Assembly: GCA_951406725.2 (NCBI GenBank)
Contig: OX597832.1
Span: 16,554,001 to 16,618,000 of the forward strand
Length of the DNA: 64,000 nucleotides
From: Octopus vulgaris
Lineage: Eukaryota
Direction of reading: 5' to 3'
The position numbers were made by a program, and so were the translations under genes. Below the pieces are notes generated by a model. That model saw only the letters and a program-made list of their open reading frames with translations, had not been told where the DNA came from and did not search any database. This document shows, piece after piece, positions 53,956 to 64,000 of the stretch. Within the stretch, counting starts at the first letter, position 1; each line of letters opens with the position of its first letter.

Positions 53956-54192
53956 AAAGAAGTTAAAATTGCAAATAATACGTATGAGAATATATGAAGC
54001 AATGGAAGAAATGAATCGAAGGTCTATTTCATGGAAGACACTTATATAATATATAATACAATGCTTTGTCTTTAATGTGCATCTCTACTTCAGAAGCAGC
54101 GAATTTTATACACAATAGTAACCGAAGTGATTTTCATTAATTTATATTCAAATTATTGCTATTTCCTCCTGAATCTCCATTTTAAAATTTAC

Positions 54193-54333
54193 CTCCTACG
54201 CTGATGTAATCTCCAGGGATACAGGCATCCAGCAACAGGACCTCCGTAATGCTATGATGGACCGTGAAGTCTGGCGCAACATAGTAAATTCCATTGTCTC
54301 GACCACGGTCGAACATGATGATGATGATGATGA
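54193..54333 (+). mobile_element. RTE-type LINE extreme 3' end with (ATG)n tail
   Basis: SYADVISRDTGIQQQDLRNAMMDREVWRNIVNSIVSTTVE has the RTE terminal L..AM.DR..WR motif and is followed by (ATG)n. Confidence 0.8.
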
Positions 54334-54407
54334 AGCTGCAGTTACACCTACGTGTATTCTCTGCACAAACATATGCATACACACATATTTATGGATGTAT
54401 ATCATAA

Positions 54408-54450
<43 letters not shown>

Positions 54451-54451
54451 A

Positions 54452-54768
54452 GTGGAGGCGCAATGGCCCAATGGTTAGGGCAGCGGACTCGCGGTCGTAG
54501 GATCGCGGTTTAGATCCCCAGACCTGGCGTTGTGAGTGTTTATTAAGCGAAAACACTTAAAGCTCCACCAGGCTCCGGCAGGGGGGTGGGGTTGGCGATC
54601 CCTGCTGTACTCTTTCACCACGACTTTCTCTCACTCTTTCTTCTGTTGGCCTGCTCGCTTAGCCAGCGGGTTGGCGTCAATTGAAGGCTAAAATAATGCG
54701 AAGCGCATTGTGACCAGCGATGTGTAGCAACATCTGATAGCTTGGTCTGTCACGGTAATCACGGTGAT
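54452..54768 (+). mobile_element. tRNA-derived SINE, family E (head shared with family D, different tail)
   Basis: GTGGAGGCGCAATGGCCCAATGGTTAGGGCAGCGGACTCGCGGTCG..CAGACC.GGCG.TGTG..TGTTTAT..AGCGAAA.CAC; tail matches 25890-26009. Confidence 0.9.
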
Positions 54769-54782
54769 ATATATATATATGA

Positions 54783-54840
<58 letters not shown>

Positions 54841-55184
54841 TCGCTACAATTTACGTAGAATAGGGAGAAGTTATTGATCAGATCTCCAAACCAGAAGAGT
54901 TATGTAAGTCTATTTTTTAAAGCAATCAATATTAACTATAAATAACAATGACTATAAATGGAAATTTATAAATGTACCGAAGAATATGATAAACAAAAAT
55001 TCTCTGATATTTATTAAGCCCTTAAATATATTTAAATCCCAATCCACTTGAATCTGACATTACATCTCATGGTTAATATTGGTAGTTTTCAAGTATCTTT
55101 ATAACTGTCTAGGTTTCGAAAAATTCTGTAAAAGTAGACTTATTTCTTTACACAGAAATCCAATATTTAATAACCGATGTTATT

Positions 55185-55381
55185 AAGGTCGATACATAAT
55201 CCCCAGTAAAGGACTGGTATTAATATACCACCTATATACTTTCACACCTCAAGATTCACTGTCTGATGCCAAACAGTCATATTGAGTTCAAATTTTGGTC
55301 TGAACTCAAAACATAAACTCAATCGAAATACCGTAAAGCATTTTCCCCGGCGTGCTAAAGATTCTGCCAACTCGCTACCAT
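55185..55381 (-). mobile_element. SINE family A, decayed
   Basis: GTCGATAC..CCCCAGTA..ACTGGTA and TGAACTCAAAAC.TAAA..CGAAATACCG.AAAGCATTT..CCGGCGTGCTAA.GATTCTGCCAACTCGC. Confidence 0.7.
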
Positions 55382-55782
55382 ATAAAGCAGTAATGATGAA
55401 CAGAAAGTTTATACGCTGTATTACACCGTACATTTCATCATATATTTTAATAACAAAAGCGTTTCCAAGTTCAGTCGTAATAGTAATAACACCGTCCAGT
55501 TGCTACACATTTTCCATTCAACGAATATCTCGAGGTGAAAATTTCACAGTTTAGTTTGAAAAATCCTAACTTCCCAAATATTTTTATCTGTACAAGTAGG
55601 CATAAATCTGTATTCGTATGCATAAATGCCTGAGTAAATACAGTATATAACACTCGCCACGCGCATACGTGTGCGCGTGCAAACGCACATATACACATGT
55701 ACACACACATGCATACACACACACACACACATACACACATATATACAAATACTCACGTATGCATATATATACACACATATAC

Positions 55783-55856
<74 letters not shown>

Positions 55857-56098
55857 TTGTACATATATATATATCCAAACACACACGTGCACACATATAC
55901 ATTTGCAAGAGAAAGAGAGTGATACTATCACATAATCCTATATACGTCGTTGTACTAACAACGCTTGGCTATCAATGAAATCACTCGCTAAAATTTATGT
56001 ACAGCACACACTTAGACACGCTTGCGCAGTATCTAATCAGCGATACCATCATAAAGCACATAATGTGTGTGTGAGCGTTTCTGTGTGTATGTGTGTGT

Positions 56099-56171
<73 letters not shown>

Positions 56172-57060
56172 GAATGCAGATTGTCATTTATATTAATGTA
56201 TGTGAAGTAGCAAGAAGTCAAATATGAAATTGATGTTTAAATAACTGAAGTATTTATTCTTCGCCGTTTCTCTCCTTGTTATTTTGTTCTATATCATATC
56301 TAATCGAGAAGACCAGAGTGAGAGAAAAGGAACGAGAGAACGGTACTGATGAACAGGCAGCCAGGAGAGATATGTTGAATGGGAGTACGTTATCGATACA
56401 AACATATAAATCAAGAAAGACTCGTCTTTACTTTGATAATGATCGCCTTGACCTATAGAAAGCATCGTAACTATAGCTAATTGTACATTCGTATGATATA
56501 TATATATATATATATATTAAGAAGAGACCAATGAGACGAAGACAGAATCTCAAATCTGTACAGATATAATGCATATATTCAGTCATGTATGTCAGCAGCC
56601 TTGCGCTCCCTCAAATTGATATAAACATATTCACAATCAGAAAAATGGAGTTAACAAGTGTACACTTTTGTAACATTTGATCATTTCTATACAATTTATT
56701 CGGAGAAACAGAAACATACATCTGGGATATTATCTTATCTATTAACGTCTGTTGATTTATAGTTCTCTTCTATCAAGGCAAGCGCGGGAAAGACTATGTC
56801 ACTGAGTATCGTCCCTATATGGTTACTGTGCATTCTAGTATTAGCAATGAAATCACTCATAAAGTATATCTAGCATTCTGTAAAATAAACATTCACGCGA
56901 ACTTTCTCTCTCTTCCACTCTTTCTCTCACTAATACATACACACCTCTTTCTCTCTCTCTCTCTCTCTCTCACCCTTGCCTTTTAGCACACAAATATATG
57001 TATGAATGTATGCATAGATACACACATAGACATTCACACATAAGCATCCATGCACATATG

Positions 57061-57886
57061 TAATGATTTGCAGTCAAAAAGCATCCGACCCTTGGAAAAA
57101 AAACAATATTTGCTTTAGTCTCCTTCAAAGTATTCGCTTTCGGAGTCTACACACTTCTGCCAGCATTCTTATCACTGCTGGAAACATTTCTGGAAAGCAC
57201 TGATTTTAAGATGCTCTAGAGCTGCACCATCGAATTTTGCTTAATGTCCTCTGTTGTCTCAAATCTTTTAATATTCTTCTGAGCTTCGGGAATAAACAAA
57301 ATTCATCCGGAGCCACGCCTGGGGAGTAAAAAGCCTGACGATCAAGTGCTGTGTTTTGCTTGACGTGGAATGATTGGACGACATAGGTGGAATGGTCGGG
57401 TGGAGTTTCCAGTTCTTTTCTGTACTCAGGTCTGGTCGTTTCCGCTGCATAACTTCACGAAGGTGACGAAGAAACTTTGAAATCAGTTCGTCATTTCTCC
57501 TAGTTGATGGTCTCCCACAACTGGGTACACTGCCCCTGAAGTGCAGCCATCTTTGAACCGGTTGTACTACTTTCTTATTTGTGTTTACCCCATAGCATGA
57601 TCTCCAAAGGCCTTCGGAATCTTCTCGAAAGTCAAGTTTTTAATAGAATGTAACACATCTTTGCTGAATGCGTTCCGTCACTCAAAAAGAAACATTGCAC
57701 ACCACACTCTCCACGTTTGTGCTCAACGCATAACTGCGGGCGAATGGCTCAACCTAAAGACAAGAAAATATTTGTGCATGCTCAGGAATGTTGCCACCAC
57801 CTAATACCCATGTGGATTTTGTTCACGCATTATTATTTTGTGCCCCCAAAATATCAAGGTCGGACACCTTTTGACTATACCTCGTA
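57061..57886 (-). mobile_element. decayed, internally deleted mariner
   Basis: C-terminus AFQKCFQQ**ECWQKCVDSESEYFEGD*; TIRs AGTCAAAAAGCATCCGACC / GGTCGGACACCTTTTGACTATACCTCGTA. Confidence 0.8.
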
Positions 57887-58558
57887 TGTGTATGTGTGTG
57901 TGCTTGCATGATTCTGCAATCGTATGTGCCTTTCTTTTTCAGTCTCTCCTTACTTAATTTTATTTGGGTGTAAAATTTTGTTCTCAAAAACGTGTTTTTG
58001 TTATCCATGTCATCCTAAGTGTGGATTTTAAGCTTGGGTAGGGGTAAATTTCGAAAATGTCAGGCTAAATATCCTAACGGCGTTTGAACAGATGGTTCTG
58101 TGAGGAAATTGAAAAACAATAATATTGAAATTTTCCATAGTCTTTTAGCTCTGATTTTCAGTGCATAGAACCCATACACGCCCCGCGGAAAACAGTAACT
58201 TACGAAAGGAACTTAAATTTGAAAAGTTACTGTCGGCGAGTAAATTCTGCATAGCTGATGCTATACGTAAGAATGATAGTTTCACGAATATATGTCTTCA
58301 CAAAAAGAAAAAATATACCTACATATTTTGCGTGTAGTATTACCCCTCCGATTAAAGCAATTCACGTCAGAAACATTCAGTCTTCGAAACATGTGTTGAG
58401 AGTAAAGGAATTTTGTTAAAATCTTCGTTCGACTCCATTCTTTCATATATTATTATATATATATACATATACATATACATACATTTATATATGTATACAT
58501 ATATATATATACACATATATATATATATACATATATGTATATATATATATATATATAA

Positions 58559-58610
<52 letters not shown>

Positions 58611-58934
58611 GTATACATATATGTGCATATGTGTGTGTTTACATACATATTACATACATACTTGCATACATACATACACACACTCACGTACAAGGAGACG
58701 CAGGCATACGTATTAGACGATCGTGTGTCTGAGTACACTGAGGACCGGTAAACGCATTAACAAAAACAATGAGATTTGTAAGAGATTACATTTTCAAATG
58801 ATGTCTTTAGAACTTTTCTCTCACATACATCTATTCAAACTTACTAATACAAATAGCAATAGAGCAGAGGTTTTAAATCATCCTACCATTCTTTGTCCAG
58901 ATTTGTCTATCATATCTGAGCGCAAAGAAATAGG

Positions 58935-59240
58935 TATTTATTCTCTCCTATTTTTTTGTCGAACCGCTAGGTGCAAATAAGTAAAAACACCAGCATCGGT
59001 TGTCAAGTGGCAGTGGGGGACAAACACAACGACACACTCTCGCAAGCACACACACATACACAGATAAAAACGCACATGGACACAAATATGACGGGCTCTT
59101 TTCAATTTCTGTCCACTTGCAAAGCTTCGATCGGAGCGAGATTATAGTAGAAAGGCATTCAGAGAATGGTACCAAGCAGTGAGACTAATCCTGATCTACG
59201 TGACTGGAAAGCAAGCTTCTTGCTACACAGTCACATTTGT
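58935..59240 (-). mobile_element. SINE family C, decayed
   Basis: TGTCGAACCGCTAG..ACACCAGCATCGGTTGTCAAG..GGGGGACAAACACA..GACGGGCTC.TTTCA..TATAGTAGAA..AGCAAGCTTCTT..ACACAG.CAC. Confidence 0.8.
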
Positions 59241-59403
59241 CCGTTTGCGAATGTGTGTACGTATGTGTGTATGTATACTTATTTCTTTGTTACTCACGCA
59301 CTTTCACAATGACTTCCCTTAAATGAAATAAATTTACACATGCATGAACGGCTCTTCTGGATTGTAAATGTGGATAGCGAATTCTGGTATAATATACAAT
59401 CAT

Positions 59404-59618
59404 AAGGTGGCGAGCTAACAGAATCGTTAGCACACATGATGAAATTCTTAGTAGTATTTCTTCCGTCTAGACGTTATGTGTTCAAATTCCACCGAGTGCG
59501 ACTTTGATTCACATCATTTCGAGTTCGATAAAATAAGTACTAGTTGAACACTGGTCGATGTTTTCGACTAATCCCTTCTCCCGAACATCCTGGTCCCGTT
59601 CCAAAATTTGAAACCATT
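59404..59618 (+). mobile_element. SINE family A, decayed, alternative tail
   Basis: AAGGTGGCGAGCTAACAGAATCGTTAGCAC..GTTCAAATTCCACCGAG..TCGATAAAATAAGTAC.AGTTGA.CACTGG. Confidence 0.8.
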
Positions 59619-60384
59619 AAATATAGTAATTTTTTTCATACGCTTCCAATATATATATTTATAACTCCTGAAGCAACAGCCGTGAAGATCAAGTATTAGT
59701 AATGTAATATTATATGGAAGCACACTTCACCATATTTATTTAGTTTTTAATATATATTTATTTGTTCATTATTTAGTTATTCATGTTTCGTAAATGTATT
59801 TTTATTTTCTTAAAAAATACAGTATTTTAGATGGTTTTAATCATTATCTACTTAAACTTATTTGCATCGACCAGATAAAAATTGGCAAATATTTTGCGCT
59901 GGCGTCCATCCATATTATCCAAGTAAACACTGTTTGGAATTATAATTATAGCTGAGAGGGGTCAATATGTAAATCGTTTGTATTTAGAGGAAGTCAGCAA
60001 ATGTTTTTGTTATGGTCGCTGCTGGTTATATTGCTGTGGTTTGTTAAGAGTTTGGTTTTTTGTTTCAAGCATGGTATCAAGGTTAAAGGTGAGTTCTCTC
60101 GAAAAAAAAATATCAGGGGAAAGAGGTAGGCTAGTTTTACAAAGATTAAAAACTGGGAGTAAAATAAAGGAAAAAGAAAGAAAGTTCCTGCGAGTGTAAG
60201 TGTGGTGAGGGAGGGAAAGAGGATGGTGAAGAAAAAATAAAGGGGAATGGACGAGGGAGGTGTAAAGGACCCCGTAAATGGGAGATAGAGAAGTATATAA
60301 AGAACGTCAACAATAACACAATGAATATGGAAAATTAGGAACGTTAAAACAAATGCAGTGTGCACGGAGAAAAGGGAGACGGTT

Positions 60385-60560
60385 GAGGAGGAGCAGAAAA
60401 AGAAGAAGGAGGAGGAGGAGGAGAATGAGGAGAAGAAGGAGGAGGAGGAGGAGAAGGAGAAGGAGAAGGAGAAGAAGAAGAAGAAGAAGAATATGAAGAA
60501 GAAGAAGAAGAAGAAGAAGAAGAAGAAGAAGAAGAAGAAGAAGAAGAAGAAGAAAAAGAA
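60385..60560. repeat. (GAG)n/(GAA)n polypurine tract
   Basis: Seen directly. Confidence 0.95.
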
Positions 60561-61164
60561 GGGGCGAAGGAAAATATGGGGCTAAGAAATAGGATAAACA
60601 CCAAATATTGAAGAATAAATAACGAAAATTCCATGATGCGAGAGACGAATAAAGTGAAGTGATGCAAGTCAAGAAGTGGAGCTTATTGCAATATAAATGG
60701 TTTAAGACGTAAGATCCTCGGTTTTACGACAGCTGTTGGACCTATTAACTGTTAGGTACTACTATTAGTACTTTTGTGAAGTTTCAGGCAGAAATGATGA
60801 TGCCCTGGTCTTCAAGTTTACAGTATTTCAAACACTTGATGTACCAACCGTGTTACCTTCGTATTCATTTCATTCACTACAAGATACCGTGCAATATTTC
60901 TCCAATCTTACGATTTTATTTTCAGAAAATGAGTGGGACACTTTTCAATGTTTGAATTCAGTTCAATGGACAGATGCAGACTTCGTGATAAGTGTTAAGT
61001 TATCCTTGATTAACGGATGGAAGACAGTTAGTTATATTATCGGAAACCTCTAGTACATATGTTGAATACAATAGTTTCCCTACGGTGATAATTCTATCAA
61101 TCTTTTATTACGGTACGAATATAAAAATATTAGACTATCACTAAATCAGAAAACATGGGTCAAG

Positions 61165-61272
61165 CCATGACTTCAACAAAAACCATTTACTAAAGATTCC
61201 ATTACTTTCGCATAATCGTTTGCTAAAGATTCAATGAGTTTGGCATACCCATTTATTAAAGATCCATGACGT
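61165..61272. repeat. degenerate ~33-bp minisatellite, about 3 units
   Basis: CCATTTACTAAAGATTCCATTAC / TCGTTTGCTAAAGATTCAATGAG / CCATTTATTAAAGATCCATGAC. Confidence 0.75.
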
Positions 61273-61392
61273 ACGTCAGAACAGTGACCGTGTAAGTGCT
61301 GAAAGGTTTGTTATACACAAACCAATTTTTTCTGGATAATGACATCATAGCAAATTATCGAGAATTGGCTCTGTTGATGATAGAATATCCAT

Positions 61393-61606
61393 TCATTTAC
61401 TACCCAAAAGGGGCTAAACAATGACAGACAAAGGGATTAAGTCAATTACATCGACCCCCGTGCGTAACTAGTACTTAATTTATCGACCACGAAAGGCTGA
61501 AAGGCAAAGTCGACCTCGGCAGAATTTGAACTCGGAACGTAACTACAGATTAAATACGGCTACGCATTTCGCCCGGCGTGCTAACGTTTCTGCCAGCTCG
61601 CCGTCT
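61393..61606 (-). mobile_element. SINE family A, near full length, TSD TAGAATATC
   Basis: Full core; TAGAATATC at 61381-61389 and 61607-61615. Confidence 0.92.
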
Positions 61607-62057
61607 TAGAATATCATCAAGGAAAATTTGGGCTAGCGACAATACTTCCATGAAAAATAAGAGCACCGACATAGTAGCAATTTGTCAAATTCCGATATCG
61701 GTAACTTGGTTTCTGTTTTACCATTTTGGAAATTAGTAAAATAACCATCTGTATTCTATTGTCTATTTCTCTCTCTATAGAATGTTAATTACATATCTGT
61801 GTTTGTGTTGAATATGATTATTGTCCTTTTAGTTCGAAACAATGATTGCAAAAAAGTTCCAGAGTCTTGCTCGATGTCTTGTAATAAATAATAAGCATGC
61901 TACTTTCATTTTAAATATTCACAACTGAATTCACAAGGATGTCGATGTTATATCTATTTCTACCAATGTCGAAATAACAAAACATCATGCGTGCTCCCTG
62001 TAAGCGTCCGGTCATACACGCACGAAGACACCTACACACACAAATATACATTCGTGC

Positions 62058-62106
<49 letters not shown>

Positions 62107-62132
62107 GAACGCACACACACACACACACATGC

Positions 62133-62213
<81 letters not shown>

Positions 62214-62214
62214 C

Positions 62215-62580
62215 ATATTATCTTCACCCGGCCCTAAGGCTATATTCTCTTTTTTTATTCAGAGTATTTTTGTCCCTTGTCCGTCCATTAACATTATCGC
62301 CACGAAATTATTTTATCCATTTCCGTATTCTTTATTCATCCTTGTTTGTCCGTCTTGTTTTTGTTTTGTTGTGTTTTGGTCGCATTCTCAGCAATTCTCT
62401 AACACTTGGCCAATAACTGATAGGGAAGTTGGTGACCTTCTGTGTTTCTTTTCCTTTCGTCTGTACATTTGGTGTCTGTTTTTCAGCTTGACCTGTGTCT
62501 TTTTCCGTTCGTTTGGTCATTGCCGTCCATGTTTGACATCTGAAAATATTATTCCCGTAACGCACTCCTTCATTTTGATC
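62215..62580. mobile_element. unclassified pyrimidine-rich repeat fragment between microsatellites (LTR- or pLTR-like)
   Basis: TTGT/GTCC-rich composition like the minus strand of 26039-26340; no recognisable ORF; bounded by (TA)n and (TG)n. Confidence 0.3.
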
Positions 62581-64000
62581 TGTGTGTGTGCGCGCTTGCA
62601 TGTATGTGTGTATGCGTGCCTATCTTTCCTCAAAGCAATCCATTTTGAAATATCATATGGCGACACTGTCATACTTTCAAAATATTAACTATTGAATGTC
62701 AATAATTGAAATATGGATATTAGACGATTTCTTCTAATTTGCTACCGGCAGATAAAAGACTAAACGATAATCATTATCGATAATTGAGTATGGATGAATG
62801 AAAAAAAAAATGTTTTAGTTACATCTTTTTCTTCTCAATTCAGAAACGAAATTCCACCGGGGTGAATATCCTCTTTCGTCATTTTATTTTCCGTGCACTC
62901 GTGAGAGCAATTGCCAGAAATATGATTAAGATTGATTTAGTATTTTTTTTCTGTCGTAATGTTAAAAATCTCCCCTCTCCTACAACCTTAAGACAACCTT
63001 ATTAATTTAGTGAAGAGCGGTAGCAACACAACTGGAGCCTAAATGTTACAAGTCATTGCGTTCGTAATCATCGATGATATTGCTGATGGTTGTGGTAGCG
63101 ATGGTAGCACTGAGAGTCGTATATGTGGTAGTGATGGCGAATGTAAAAGTAATCTAATAAGGAATATATATATTTGACTATGATGTCCTTGTTAATTAAA
63201 GTATAGTGTGATACATGTTACAAGATCCAACGAGGCACCATCGTGAGTAGAATGATATCACAATTCGCATTACAGAGATAGCGATGGAAGGCACAATCTA
63301 CGGTTGAATAAGTGTAACACGAGGAAGAGCGAACAAAAAACTATAGAGAAGAAAAACTCAAAGTGTTTAACCAGAACGTTTGCTTTTAATTTTCCATTCA
63401 TTGACGATACCATTAAACAAAACATAACCAGTGAAAGATGAATTATGAAGACACAATATTTCAGAAAACTATCGTTTGATATTATGGGTGCAGAGAAATC
63501 AGTGATGCTTCCGACTATTTTTCGTTTCCATACTATGGAATTTAAAGTTTGAGTAGATCCGTACTTAAGCTACATGTATTTCTTTGTTTATACATTCATT
63601 CATTCACTATTCATTTATTTATTTATTCATTGATTATGATATAGTTGAATATAGGCAGCTACAAAACTTCCAAACCAAGGGTTTCGTATGTGTGAAGTGA
63701 AATCGTTGCTACAAACTATGGTAGTAGAATTATGTTATACGGAACACACAGGTATATACAATAGCAACAAAGATCTCCAAACAAAGCAGACATATACTTC
63801 TTGGCGTGTATATGCACTGAGAATGTATATATGTATTTTGATTTTGTCTACATGTGATGGCGACTGAATTTGTGTACTGACGTTGTATGTATATATATAG
63901 AAAATGAGAGATAGAAATACATGCATTTTGAAGCGAGACTGTGTTTGGGAGCACAATACGGATTTCGTTTGCAAGAATAACATGTTGGTAAGAATAGAAA

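Noticed and set aside
59978-60350. Possible decayed LINE 3' region
   Set aside because: No motif I could anchor; composition alone is not enough.
61165-61272. CRISPR-like periodicity
   Set aside because: The whole units are similar to each other with no unique spacers, the context is eukaryotic, and there are no cas genes. It is a minisatellite.
61987-62688. 233-aa ORF
   Set aside because: It is read-through of microsatellite plus a T-rich repeat fragment, with no recognisable domain or exon structure.

Overview
This is an AT-rich, microsatellite-saturated eukaryotic non-coding window, either intergenic or inside a very long intron. Its repeat families are ones I recognise from octopus genomes, so Octopus sp. 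is an inference and not a search result. I can support no intact host protein-coding gene, and almost all ORFs in the track are translated (TA)n/(CA)n/(GATA)n. The window holds about 20 tRNA-derived SINE copies from about 5 families (labelled A-E here) and decayed mariner, DD37D, piggyBac and hAT relics. It also holds three non-autonomous Helitrons, 3' ends of RTE and Tx1-type LINEs, and Penelope-like ends. The most interesting signals are: (1) two minus-strand minimal type I hammerhead ribozymes whose palindromic stem III co-varies (CAATTG vs CGATCG); (2) a candidate minus-strand recursive splice site at 7571 (branch point, pyrimidine tract, CAG|GTAAGT), about 42 kb downstream of a candidate first exon near 50 kb; (3) an ORF-less element of about 1 kb with 157-bp direct repeats and a strong GAAA-tetraloop hairpin; (4) Tx1-type LINE ends stacked in a (GATA)n array; and (5) fold-back palindromes formed at (TA)n tracts. 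All family assignments come from motif recognition by eye and need database confirmation.
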